Shown here one piece after another: positions 30,011-48,752 of a stretch of DNA of 64,000 nt. A program made the position numbers and the translations under genes. The first letter of the stretch is position 1; each line of letters opens with the position of its first letter. The notes beneath the pieces are model-generated. The model was not told the origin of the DNA, did no database searches, and was given only the letters and a program-made list of their open reading frames with translations. This DNA is from the human T2T-CHM13v2.0 reference genome, Homo sapiens: the NCBI RefSeq assembly GCF_009914755.1, contig NC_060929.1; one strand, given 5' to 3'.

Positions 30011-31253
30011 GCTGGAGACAGACAGGATGTGGGGGCCAGCTGGAGCAAGGAGACAAGTTCCAGTGACTGCAGGGGCGGGGTGGGGATTTGTGCACACTTT
30101 GTGGTAGACATATGTGAACCTATTAGACAATTTGTAGTTATTAGAATTTGAAAAAAATATAAGATATCATAAAATAACAAATTTTAGATTCAGCAGAAAC
30201 TGGATGGCTGAGACCCAGAATAGGCTGCCTAGGCAATGCCAGCAGCAATGCCTGTGCATGAGTGTCAAACAGGACGGATGTGCTCACGGGACTCCGTTCC
30301 AGTCTGTGACACCTCTAACTCAGAAACTTGAAGCCGTGCATCTAGTATAATTCATGTAATTGCATTTTATTGAAATCTTCAAACATATATTTATATGCAT
30401 TTGAAAACTTTATATATATGTTTATATATAAAACTATATATATATTTTTTAAAAAAACTGATTTCTCAATATTTAAGAGGATTCCCCAGCTCCAGTGAAG
30501 AAAATTCATATTAGTGGTGAAGATGACTACTAGTTAATTAGTGATTAAATAATGTATTGCATTCTCTCACCAAACTTAACAGTATAAACCTAAAAAATAA
30601 AGCCAGAAATAAAATTAATAAATACAAAATAAACTATTCATTACCCTTGCCATGCTTTTGTTTCCTGCAATATCTTTGTTTCATTCAAAGAATATTGATT
30701 CTCCATCCCCATCTCTTCCCAAATATCCCAATGAATGCAATGTGCAACGTTCAACATTTACAAAGCAAGATTGTCTGTGCCCATGGTCACAGGTTAGGTT
30801 TACTTAATGTTGAGTTTATTGATTTTTATAAATCAAAGAAGTCTGAAGAGTATATTGAAGATATTCATTTCAAGTAGTGTTGTTTTGTCGGTGCCAATAT
30901 TTCAAATTGTTCCTATGAAACACTCAATAGTGAGGTCAATAATAACATCTTTTTCATTCTCCTACTAAAGCATAGTCATAAAAAACCATCCATGGCCTGA
31001 TATTTTCTCCCCATGCCCTTTCAGACAGAATCACTTCATGTGTTACCAGCCTCGCTCTCCACTGGATGAACTGCAGAAAGCCTGAAAAAGGACAGCCAGC
31101 CACTTCGAGCAGATCTTGGAAGAATCAGTCTCCTTTTAAACAAAGCTCTAATTTAATATTTTTATGGTAAATAAAAAAGAAAGTGGAAGATGCCTACATT
31201 TTTGCTAAAGCATAATATAAAAAGAACAGAAAAGAACCACACCCTGCAAACCC

Positions 31254-31317
31254 ATGCTTCAGACAACCAGATGCTAGAGAGGTGGATGCTTCAGACAACC
31301 AGATGCTAGAAAGGTGT
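31254..31317. repeat. Two-copy 32-bp tandem repeat
   Basis: atgcttcagacaaccagatgctaga(g/a)aggtg occurs twice back to back. Confidence 0.93.
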
Positions 31318-31405
31318 ATTGTAGATGACTTACTTTCTGCAGTTTGAAAGCTTATACATTGCATCTGAGGACTAAGTAATGTTTTGTATTGGATAAAACA
31401 AATTT

Positions 31406-31542
31406 CATTTCAATAAAATTTTCAATTTCTTTTTTAATTTTTTCACTGACCTACTTGTCATTCAGGAGCTTGTTGCTTAATTTTTGTGTATTTTTACATT
31501 AATAGTTTCCAAAATAGCTCTTGTTATTAATTTCTAGTTTAA
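31406..31542 (-). mobile_element. Isolated internal L1 ORF2 fragment
   Basis: cactgacctacttgtcattcaggagcttgttgcttaatt...ttattaatttctagttt matches reverse-strand early ORF2; flanked by ataaaacaaattt repeats. Confidence 0.75.
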
Positions 31543-31799
31543 ATAAAACAAATTTTAAAACTTCAAAAAATAAAAATATTTTTAGAACCTGTTTTTGTCA
31601 CTTTGCTTCACCCTGAACCCTTATTTTCTCAGAGGCTTCTCCTCTGCTATTCTCCATCTCTGGCCCTCTCCCCTCCCTGACTCCCCAAAGAACCAAAGTA
31701 GAAAATTATCTCCTTAGAAAATGCATATCTATCCTTAGTATCAGCTCAACCTTGATCTTTAGAGTGAAAATGCTATAGGTTAAATTTAAATAAAACACA

Positions 31800-31965
31800 T
31801 GCTATTATAGGTTAAATTTATATGTTGAGATCTTAATCCCAAAAACTCCAAATGTGACCTTAATTGAAGACAGGGTTGTTGAAGATGTAATTAATTAAGG
31901 TGAAGGACTTAGGGTGGGCCCTAATCCAATGTGACTGGTGTCTTTATTAATAGGGGAAACATGGA

Positions 31966-32036
<71 letters not shown>

Positions 32037-32120
32037 CGCAGTGAACATGAAGTCAGACACCAGGGTGATGTTTCTACAAGCCAAGGGATGCCAAAAGTTG
32101 TCAGCAAACTCCCAGAATAC
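31800..32120 (+). mobile_element. MLT1B/C LTR containing a (CA)n(GA)n microsatellite
   Basis: aatgtgaccttaattgaagacagggt...agggtgggccctaatccaatgtgactggtgtc...acaagccaagggatgcc. Confidence 0.85.
31965..32033. repeat. Compound (CA)n(GA)n microsatellite
   Basis: Read directly from the sequence. Confidence 0.95.
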
Positions 32121-32689
32121 CCCACGTGGCTGTGGAGATTTTGAGGTCAAAGGTTGTCTTCCCAAATTTTAGCCCCCGATAACTTGTGTTATACCACACA
32201 AAGAGTAGGCTCTCAACAATTGTGAAGAATGAGCCTTCTTGCTTTTAAATTTTATGCCTTCTTGTATGTCTGTTGCATCTCACTGTATGTATTTACTGGT
32301 ATTATGTGTTTGTGCACAAATATTATATTCTCTTCAGATTCTAATTTCCTTGACAGGAAATCCCATGTCTTAGGTGTATTTGTTCCGCAGTCTTCCATAT
32401 TTTCTGATGTATTTTAAGAGCTCAAATCGAAGAGGATCTGTTATAGCCAAGTAATCTTCTATCAGATAGACCCTCCTACAGATAATAACTATACTCTCTA
32501 GACAAATTAAAAACAAAGCAAAACAAACCAAAATGACAAAGCAGGCAAAATATAAAGCAGCATCAATAATTGAAAGAGGAATGGTTAAGAATAACTTTAC
32601 TATTTTATAGATTTTAGTTTCAAGGAAAGCTGTACTCCATGCCAAGTTTTGTGGACACAATCCTTGAAAATTTGTACTATTTCTGCATT

Positions 32690-33850
32690 GAAAAACCAAA
32701 AGACAGAATTCAAGGCAGACTTATGTACTGGGTAGTAAGATATTCTGGAAATAAGAGAACTGGAGAGGGACATTCTAGCTATAAACTGTCAAAATCTCTG
32801 GCTCTATTCTGAACCATGCAGATGAGGATTGCAAACAGCTCAGCTAAGGATGAAACAACTCAAATTAGTTTTGTGCTGACATCTAAGAAACATAGTTTAA
32901 AATTGAGCTCAATAAAGTAAATTGCCTGCTACAGAAAATTATAATACTATTAGAAGAATAAAAACATAATCCGTGGTCTTCACAGCATTATATTTACAAT
33001 TTCTGGGATACAGGGCAAAATACTAGACATGAAGAAACCAAAAAAATGTGACTCATTCTAAAGAGAAGAGAAAATTAACTGAGACCAACCCTATGATAGC
33101 CTGAAGGATAAAATAAGTGGACAACACTTTAAAGCAGTGATTATAACTAATGCCAATGAAACGTCTTCATAATGAATGAAATGATAAACATCTCAGCAGA
33201 GAATCCTCTATCTGTGTAGACAAATAAGACAATTCTAAAACCAAAAGATATAGCATGAGTACACATTCTCCAGAAAAAAGTAATCAATAGAATGTGTATG
33301 TGAAAGAAGAGAAAAATTGGGAGGAACTGACACGCACAATTATGGAGACCGAGAAGTTCCATGGGCTGCTGTTGTTAAGCTGGGAATTCAGAAAAGCTGG
33401 GGACTTGATGGTGTAATTCAGTCTGGGTCCAGAGATCTGAAAACTAGGGAAGCCAGTGAAGTAGATCCTAGTTTGAGGGTAGAGAAAATGAGATGAGATA
33501 TTTTAGCGCAAACACTAAGGCAGAAACAAAAGGTGAAAATTACTCCTTCTTCCACCATGTTCTATTCAAGCCTTCAGTGGATTGTATAATATGTTCTTCC
33601 ACATTCTGGATTACTCAGTTCATGGATTCAAATGTAAATATTATCTAGAAACACCCTCACAGACACACCCAGTAATAGTCTTTTATTGAGCAATCCATGG
33701 CCCAAATAAGTTGACATAAAATTAACCATCATAGGTGAAATCAGTAAAATAAAAATATTCAATGGATAAGCATAACAGCAAAAAAGAGATGGAAAGGGAG
33801 AGGGTGAGTGAACTGGAAGACAGATAAATATAAATTATACAGTCTGAGAA
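32690..33850 (+). mobile_element. Ancient L1ME-like 5'/ORF1 remnants, interrupted by an MLT2 LTR
   Basis: A-rich text such as tactagacatgaagaaacc...tttaaagcagtgattataact and gtgagtgaactggaagacagat. Confidence 0.5.
33255..33733 (-). mobile_element. MLT2 (C/D-like) ERVL solo LTR
   Basis: Ends aaacaccctcacagacacacccag...aagttgacataaaattaaccatcata, the reverse complement of an MLT2 start. Confidence 0.85.
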
Positions 33851-34322
33851 ACATTTATCTCTAACGTCTCTCTCTCTCTCTCTCTCTCTCATCTAAAAAG
33901 CCTTTAGTGTCTCTTCATTACTTTATGTTGTTCTTAAATTATGAGATATAAGCTGTTGTTTATTGTTTGATTTTGGTTAATCACAGCAGAGTGTTTCAGA
34001 AATTTGGTACATCTCACAATTGATTGATTGAGAGATAAATGTCATTCAAACTTAATATTATCTCTTCTAAAGACCTGTTATGTGGAAATTACATCTTTAT
34101 ATATTGTTTTTTTAATATGTTATCTTATTTAAAGATCTTGATGTCACTTGCATGCAATTGTGTGTACTTCACACACACACACACACATATTTGTTTCACA
34201 CACCATGCTGAAAAATATTAAGTTATTAGTTTCATGGGTTTACCATGATTATCTACGTATGAAGTACATAAAGTGACAAGGTCTGTGTATACATGTGAGT
34301 GTACATTAAAAAAGCAACTAGC

Positions 34323-34387
34323 AGCTGGGCACGGTGGCTCAGGCCTATAATCCCAGCACTTTGGGAGGCCGAGATGGGCAGATCACA
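34323..34387 (+). mobile_element. Alu 5' fragment (about 65 bp, no tail)
   Basis: agctgggcacggtggctcaggcctataatcccagcactttgggaggccgagatgggcagatcac, then similarity stops abruptly. Confidence 0.9.
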
Positions 34388-34802
34388 AATCTGCCAAATC
34401 ACATTTTGGAGTAACCAAAAATCACTCTTCATTTTTGTCAGAGACAATATTCAAACTGCAGTGAGAGATGTACTCAAACAGAACATAGTAATCTTACTGA
34501 ATAAAGGGGGTAGAGGAAAGAGTTCAGGGTGCTAGGTACAATTGGAATTTTTACAGCAGAATAACAAAGAGGAGAGAGATATGGAGAATTCACTACACAT
34601 AATCCCTTTAAGTCTGTTGCTCTATGTGAGTAAGGTAAAACTAAGTAAAGGTAAACAAAAACCTCCTGAGTTTCTATAAGTAGAACTATTCCAAAAACGT
34701 GTAATGAGCTGGAAAACATTTGAATTCTGAAGATCTAGGGAAGAAAGAACTTGCTAAAACACGTGGCATTTAGTAGATGAGAGGGAAAGATTATGCTTTG
34801 CA

Positions 34803-35301
34803 TTAGGTAGAATAATAGCTTCTGAAAAAATGTCCATATTCTAATATCCAAACCTGTAAATATGTTGTTACACAGGCAAGGGGAAATTAAGTTGGCAGAT
34901 AAAATTAAGTTAGATAATCAGATGACCTTGGGATACAGATATTAACCTTGATTATCTGCGTGGACCCAATGTGACCACAAGGACCTTTGTAAGAGAGAGA
35001 GAAAAACAGGACAGTCAGTCTCCAAATGATGTAGTGTGAGAAACATGCGACTTGACTTTACTGGGTTTGAAGATAAAAGGGAGCCCATGCCAAGGAATTG
35101 AAATATCTTTAAAAGTTGGGAAATAAAAGAAACAGATTATACCCTAAAGAAAGTACAGCACTGTTGACACTTTCATTTTAGCTCAGTGAAACTTATTTCA
35201 GACTTCTGATTTACTAGATTGTAAGATAATAATAAATTTACAATGTTTTAAGCCTCTAAGTTTGTGGAAATTTGCTACAACAGTAATAGGAAACAAATAT
35301 A
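34803..35301 (+). mobile_element. MLT1D/E LTR
   Basis: ggtagaataatagc...gattatctgcgtggacccaatgtgaccacaagg...ttttaagcctctaagtttgtgg...aataggaaacaaatata. Confidence 0.8.
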
Positions 35302-35379
35302 CGGCTTAATAGTAGAGTTCAACAAAGCAAGAAAGAAAGTCTAATCTAGAGACTTAAAAGGAAGCCTAAAGATAATCTG

Positions 35380-40785
<5,406 letters not shown>

Positions 40786-43700
40786 GTTGGAAATAGTCAG
40801 TCCTTTTCCGTACTTCAAATGGAGTTAACTGACCTGAAGATACTAAAAATGGACCTCAATAGAATTAAATGAAAATATGCAAAAACGAGATACCTGGCTG
40901 CTGCTCACCGGGACCTTTCTTGGATGCCAGAATCCCAACTATCTTAGCTTCACGTTTCTGAGTTCTGCCCTTGTTCCCCTCAGTGAAGCCAGCCTGCCAG
41001 GGGAACTGGTTTTGTAAAAGCTTCCAACATGAGCTGCAAAACCAGTGCTTTCCCATGGAACCTGGAATTCTGAGCCAAGTGTGCTGAACAGTCCAGACCT
41101 TGCTGCACTCCTGGATATTCTCCTGCTAAGGCCCTTAGTCATGGACAACCAACCCATCTCTTTCAGTGTATTCAAGTACACGTGTCCCTTTAGTAGGAAT
41201 AAAACACCAGCATTGCATTGTTGATACATGGCTAGATATGCCGACGCGGTCAGGAATAATCCTTCAGGAATCATGAAGGACTTATTCATGACAGAATGGA
41301 GAAATTGACATGCTTTAAAAAATGATTTTATAACATCCTACTCATTTAATGTCTGCATCAAAGCAATTGTTCTAATGTACATATGTCTGCACATACGGAT
41401 GTTGAGTGCCCTGAACATCTGCTATTTGCAATGTGCTAAGCTAAGACATAGGGATACTATGTTGGGTGATACATGACTAATCCCTACGGAACATAGAGAT
41501 TTAAAAGAAAAACAAACATTTCGTTGAGTCATTAAACACAAACAAACGTATATTTTTTCAGAAAAGTAAGGGACATTGCTGTTAAAATATTTCTTAAGCA
41601 TATATTTTTAATCTTGCAATGGCTGTGTATGTTTATTCCTTATACCTCTCCTCTGTTTTGCATCTTTTTTTCTTTTTCATTTTGACGATATTTCTACAAT
41701 TTCAGTCTTATCCTAGATTTACGAGTGAGCTAAAAAAAGCATAATGCAATGTGTATTGTAACTAAAGGAGCTATACTGTTGTCTGTTATGTCTGTTATCT
41801 TCCCCAAGTTAAAAACAGACAAATAAAACAAAGCAAAAATAAAGAAAACAAACGAAAGATTTCTCCTTCAGTGACATTCAAGTATTTTCCCAATACAGCT
41901 TGCCACATTTCTTGTCTTTTCATCCTTCAGAAAAACATTTTGGAAAGTATTGATCATTTCACATTTCTAAGTGTTTTTCTTTTTATAACGTATTACCCCA
42001 GGTAAGAATGTGTGCTTTTCCCAGTCAACTGAAAGAAAATTGCCAATGACAGAAAACTGCTCTTTGTTTAATTATCGTCAAACTTTACCATTGGTTGCTA
42101 TAACGATGAACCTATCAGGTATCTGAAAGTCCTTTCAAAACTGGTTTCACCATCCGCCTCCTAACAGGGGCCCCCAAGTCCTCTTTTAGAGATGAGTTTT
42201 ATTTTCTTATACTCATATTATTCCTAAAAAAGCAGAATGCTAGCCCTGAAGACTGTTCAAAGGAACATACTGACATCTATGTACCTCCTAACTACAAACA
42301 AATTGATAAACTTCTGAAACACTCTTTGAAAATGGAGGCAATGCAGTCGACTTGCCAGAGCTGCTTTTATGCCTCATCCTGGTACCCTAGAAACTGCTGT
42401 CAAGCTCCATTTTATTCCATGTGTGGCCTGACAGTTCTAAGGGGAAAGTGTATCCTAATTCTTCCAAATAAATTAGATTTCAGCCATCTTAAAATGAAAA
42501 CACAGCCTCTGCTGAAGTTATAAACAGACCCTATTGAATAAAGTATCAGCAGAGGCTCCTACTGTTATCTCCACCAGAGGTTCAGAACTGCAAGACAGCA
42601 ACGTTCATCATATCTTTGTAGTCCTAGTAATACAAATTAATCAACAGGTAAATAGAATGTGAAAGAGGATTCCTCCCATGGAGAGTGCATCTCATTTTTT
42701 TTTTTACCAAAAAGACAAAGAGGAAAGAAAGGAAGAAGAAAGAAATAGAGGGATGGAGAGGGAGGAAAGAAGAAGGAGGAGAGTTTGGGGCAATAAAGCA
42801 TATTTTAAATTCAGATTCAAGACACACACAAAAAACTAAGATATTTTTAATGATTAGCATACACTTGGGGATGCTATCCAATTACATTGTTATCTGATGA
42901 ATACATGTAAATTCTTTTTTTAAAATGCCTGTATTTTAATATATATAGGTATATGTTAGATTCCTGGAATTTGAAAGTGTGGGTAAAAAATAGGAAAAAA
43001 ACAGATATTTTCTCTGTAGGATTAAGGAACTTACATACATTTGATGAAAAGTTAATTAGACTTAATTAAAAAGATAAGTAATAATGTAAAGTAAGAGAAA
43101 CAGTCCATTTATAAATTGTTATAAATAATAACAATATATAAATTGTTAATAAATATTGTTAAGATCAGTGAGAGTGTGGGGATGTCATAATTTAACCATC
43201 AGTAATTACTACCATGGCAGAACAATATAATATTTTCTAATACAATAACAAAACTCAGATCTCAGAATGAGTTTAAATCTACTGTTTATCCTAAAAGTAT
43301 CATGTTTTGACAGTAAGGCAAAAACTCCTGTAAACATGAGAGTATGCCTAAAATTGCACACCTCCTTAAGATTGTGTTATCATAAGATTTTATCAATGAG
43401 TATAAAAACAATTTAGTGGCTTAATCTCACTTTTAATGAGTGTTACTATGTTAATACTCAGGACCATTTAGAAAAGTAAAACCAATACAGTTTGAGACAA
43501 CAAGCAAAAAGTTCCTAGAATATTTCTCAGTATTTAATTTTTCTCAATATATGCTCTGTTAGGGAAAACTAAGGCAAAGGGAAACCAACTCTGGAAAAAT
43601 TAGAACAAATGAAAATTTTTATCATTATTTTTATTGCAGACAGATTTTATTGTACCCATTATTCTAAAACATAGAAACAGATTCTATTAAAGAACAAAAA

Positions 43701-43925
43701 GAACAGAACTAATAAAAAGATGCAATAAGAAAATCCACAGAACTATTTTATAAAGGCAATGAAAATACTGACAGAATTGTCAAATCGACTTTTTCAGAAC
43801 TCTAGAAATTAACACAACTATCCAAAGAGCATTCACTTAGAAACAACTAATGACTAACAAAATAGGGTTCGTGATGTTTTAACTCAATGTATTCCCATCT
43901 ACTCCCCAACTCTGTGATATCGCTA

Positions 43926-44174
43926 CCTGGCCAACATGGTGAAACCCCATCTCTACTAAAACAAAAAAACACAAAAACTAGCCGGATGTAGTGGTGCATG
44001 CCTGTAATCCCAGCTACTCAGGAGGCTGAGGCAGGAGACTCACTTGAACCTAGGAGGTAAAGGTTGCAGTGAGCCTTGATCATGCCATTGCACTCTAGCT
44101 AGGGTGAGAAATCTCAAATAAGTAAAAAAAAAACAAAAAACAAAACAAAAAACAAAAAAAAAACAAAAAAAAAA
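43926..44174 (+). mobile_element. 5'-truncated AluS
   Basis: Starts at cctggccaacatggtgaaacccc; long A/C tail. Confidence 0.93.
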
Positions 44175-46500
44175 CCAATAACCTCACACTAGTGAGTGGG
44201 GGAAGACTAGAGCTCTTCAAAAATCGCCAAATCCAGAAAATTTTCAGAACTTAACCTGTTTTGCAAATTCCTGAAAAACTCTGTTCGCAAGATGTTTATG
44301 TGTCACCTGGCTCTGAGTTCCAAGAAAAAAGTTCTATCCCAAGGCATTTCCAGAAACAATCAACTGCCGTTGTTTTTAACACTGAAGCTGAGACTGCCCA
44401 ACCAGTAAGATCAAATTGGGTCATGTGATTTTAATAGGGTCTTTGAAAAGTTCCAACATATTTTTTGGGCCCTAGAAGACCATATACATGTGCAAAGCTG
44501 TATAAATGCCCAAAGCTGTATGAAAGACCTGAGACGGCCCAGTCATCTTCAGTTGACTTTTACACCCTGTAACAGCAATAATTCAGGGCTAAGTCAGACT
44601 TGTAAAATACCTGTGAGATGAGGGTGTGCCCCAACCTACACACATGGAGTCCATGGCAGAGCATGGAAGACTTACTAGCTCATGGCATTAAGGGAAACTT
44701 CTGACTAATCATTGGCTGACAACTAAGCTAACCAAGCAGAGATTTCAGTGGCTACACAATTCAGCATCCTGTAGGATACCACTAAACATAGTCAAATATA
44801 AATGAGCATGCCAGAGACAGATGAGAGAGATAAGGATAGAGAGAATGTTTGAACATATCATGTCTAAAAATTTTGAAATCTGACAGAAAATTCGATGGCT
44901 TTTATCTATACATATAAGATTCTCAACAAACTCCATTAGGATGAAATCAAAGATATTCAAACCTAGACATATCATGGTTTTATTTACAGACACTATGCTA
45001 ATTCATATAAAAATCTATGAAATCTACAAAAAAAACTACTAAAACTAATAACTGAGTTCAGTAGAGCTGCAGAATACAGTGTAAATATACAATAATTTCA
45101 TTTTTATACTAGCAATTAATAGTCATAAATTTAATTAGCAATACCATATACAATATAATCATCATATGTGACTTGTTTATGGATATATGTGCAAGATCTG
45201 TGCACCAAAAACTACAAAGCATACTTGGTAGGAATTATAGAAGACTTAGAAAAATTGAGACACATTATATTGCTAAGTTGTAAATTTTCCTCAAGTAGAT
45301 CTCTATATTCAATAAAATCCTTGCATTATTTTCTGTAGAGATCACTACACTGATTCTAAAATTTCTATGAAAATGTCAAAGACTCAGTCAGAGTGGCAGT
45401 GAAAAAAATTGAATCATAGGACTGCCTAAATTCAAAATTTATTATAAAGGCACAACATTCAAAATGTGATATTGACTTAAAGTTACTAGGTAAGAAGATC
45501 AATGAAACAGAATAGGAAATTCATAAAAAGTTCTAAAATATATATGGTTAATTGAGGGGCCAAAGTAATTCAATGGAGGAAGGATAGCATTTTCAATACA
45601 TGCTAGAATGATTAACTATCCATCTGCTGTCTCACATGCAGAAAGAAGTTCAATCCACACCTTGCACCAATAACAAAAACTAACTCCAAATTGATCATAA
45701 GCTTAAATGTAAAAATCTAAAACCCCAAAATGTTCAGAAGAAATCACAGGACAGAAGCTATATGATCTTTGGTTTAGCAAGAATTTCTTGGTGTTGTAAG
45801 TACAACACCAAAAACATAATGTTTAAAAAAACCACATTGGTTGATTGGACTTCATAAAAATTTAAAGTGTCTGCTCTTAAAAGGATGAAAAAACATGACA
45901 CATACTTGAAGATAATATTTGCAAATTATATGTCTACTAAAGAATGTCTACCTATAACATGTAAAGAACTCTCAAAAGTCAACATTAAAATAATTGGCAA
46001 CCCAATTGAAAATAGGTAAATGATTTTAACATTTCACCAAAGAAGATATATGACTAGAAAGTAAACACATTGAAAAATACTCAATATCGTTAGTCATTAT
46101 GATAATGCCAATTAAAAACACAACAAGGTGCTATATTAGTTTGCTCTTGCACCGCTATAAAGAACTACCTGAGGCTGGGTAATTTATGAAGAAAAGAGGG
46201 TTAATTGGCTCACAGTTCCACAGGCTGTACAGGAATCATGGAAGCTTCTGCTTTTGTGGAAGCCTCAGGAAACTTACAATCATGGCAGAAGGTCAGGGGG
46301 AAGCAGGCACATCACAAGGCCGGAGCAGGAGTAAGAGACTGACGGGGCAGGTGCCACACACTTTTAAACAACCAGGTCTCATGAGAACTCACTCACTCAC
46401 TATCACAAGAACAGAACCAAGGGGATGGCGCTAAAACCATTCATGAGAACTTTCCTCCCTGATCCACTGGCCTCCCACAGGGCCCACCTCCAACACTAGG

Positions 46501-46976
46501 TATGACAGTTAATACTGAGTTTCAATTTGATTGGGTTGAAGGATACAAAGTATTGATCCTGGGTGTGTCTATGAGGGTGTTGCCAAAGGAGATTAATATT
46601 TGAGTCAGTGAGCTGGGAAAGGCAGACTCACCCTTAATCTGGGTGGGCACAGTCTAATCAGCTGCCAGTGTATCTAGAATATAAGCAGGCAGAAAGATGT
46701 GAAAAGAGACTGGCCTAGCCTCCCAACCTACATCTTTCTCCCGTGCTGGATGCTTCCTGCCCTTGAATATCAGTCTCTAAGGTCTTCAGTTTTGGAACTC
46801 AGACTGGATCTCCTTGATCCTCAGCCTGCAGATGGTCTATTGTGGGACCTTGTGATCATGTGAGTTAATACTTAATAAACTCCCATATATATATCACATA
46901 TATATATGTATATGATATATATACATACATATATATCCTATTAGTTCTGTTCCTCTAGAGAACACTGAATAATACA
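46501..46976 (+). mobile_element. MLT2A 5' LTR
   Basis: tatgacagttaatactgag...ctagagaacactgaataataca; internal AATAAA and (TA)n tract. Confidence 0.95.
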
Positions 46977-46981
46977 GATTT

Positions 46982-46999
46982 TGGTATGAGGAGTGGTTC
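46982..46999 (+). promoter_or_regulatory. Primer-binding site (tRNA-Leu type in ERV-L), degenerate
   Basis: tggtatgaggagtggttc a few nt after the 5' LTR. The tRNA identity comes from family knowledge, not from an alignment. Confidence 0.7.
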
Positions 47000-47068
47000 T
47001 AGAGGAAGAAAATATTAAGGGTGGAGTTCTTTCCTGGATTTTGGGGTTTCTGGAGTTGGCTGCTTAAT

Positions 47069-48752
47069 ATGATTAGACCCCAAAATGCTAAGGACTCTAC
47101 TTCTAATTGTATGGGGAACACTAATAGTCTTTGGCATTAAGTTTTTAGAGAGTTACGCAAAAGAAATGCATTTGACACTCCTGATTCATCGCTTATAAGA
47201 GGCAAGTAGTTTAGTGACTCTCTATATAACACCCTTGACCATATGTGAAGAACCAGGGAACATAATGAAGCTGGTTGGTTGCTCCTACATTAGTGGACAA
47301 AGTAATGAAAGAAAATGATGCACTCAGGGATTCTATCTCCCAACTCCAGAAGCAGATACTGAGCCTCAAATCTGCTAAGATTGCCCTGAGTGAAAGGCTT
47401 ATCTCCTGTAGAGAAAGAGCTGAAATTGTGGAAAAACAGTCATAAGCTTTTATCATACCAGTGGCTGACCTGCCATGAAAGGTGCATGCATGGTCTCGCC
47501 AAGTGTCTACTGTTAAAGCGAGGGCATTGATTGGAAAAGAAAGGGACCCGCAATTTGGAATGGCGATGTGTGGGAGGACCCTGATGAAACTGGGGACACT
47601 GAGTTTGTAAACTCTGATGAATCTTTTTTGCCAGAAGAAACAGCTTCCCCATCCCCAGTAGTGGCAACATCCCCTCCCCAACCTATGCTGCCATCAGCCT
47701 TTTCACTTTTGTCTGAGAAGAGAAACTCTGTGTTGCCTGAGGCAACAATGATGGCCTCCCCTGAGGCAGTTGCCAGGCAAGATAATGTTGATTCTGCTCA
47801 GGAGCCACCCCCAAAATCCCTGTTTGTTTCTAGATCTATAACTAGACTAAAGTCCTGGCAGGCCTTAGAGGTGAGGTTGAGTTTGACCCATGAGGTGCAC
47901 TACATGCAAAAATAACTGCTTGGGTTTTCTAGTTTATATAAGCAGAAATCTGGAGAACAGCATGGGAACAGATGCTAAGGATGTGGGATAATGGTGAAAG
48001 AAACATAGAGTTGGATCAGGAAGAATTAATTGATCTAGGCCCACTAAGTAGGGACTCTGCATTTAATGTTGCAGCTCAAGGACTTAAAAAAGGTTCTAAT
48101 CATTTATTTGCTTGGTTAGCTGAAATATGGATTAAAAGATGGCCCACTGTGAGCGAGCTGGAAATGCCTGATCTCCCTTGGTTTAATGTGGTGGAAGGGA
48201 TCCGAAGGCTTAGGGAGATTGGGATGGTAGAGTGGATTAGTCACTTTAGACCTACTCATCCCAGCTGGGAGGGCCCAGAAGATATACCCTTGACCAATGC
48301 CTTGTGAAATAGATGTGTGAGGGCAGCACCTGCATCTTTGAAGAGCCCTGTAATTGCTCTTTGTATCTCTGAGCTAATAGTGGGAACTGCAGCCACTCAA
48401 CTACAAAATTTAAATATCATGGAAGTTATTGGATCCCGAGGTGGCAGGGGCCAAGTGGCCGACCCTCAACCATCAAAAGCAAGGTGGAGATAGCTACCAT
48501 AATGGAGAACAAAGGCAAAGTGGCAATCAGAATAGTCTGACTCATGTAGAGCTCTGGCACTGGCTAATTAATCACTGTCTTACTAGAAGTAAAATTGATA
48601 GGAAGCCTACTGCATTCCTACTTAATTTATATAAGCAGAAAATGTTTAGGTCGAATGGAAAAAAGACTAATTTGAATTATAAAAATATAGAATCACAGCC
48701 CTTCAATCAATTTCCAAACTTGAGCCAGTTTACAGACCCAGAACCCCATTAA
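47069..48752 (+). pseudogene. gag: HERV-L gag remnant with stops and frameshifts
   Basis: Fragments WEDPDETGDTEFVNSDE, LRMWDNGERNIELDQEELIDLGPLSRDSAFNVAA, LTHVELWHWLINH. Confidence 0.88.
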
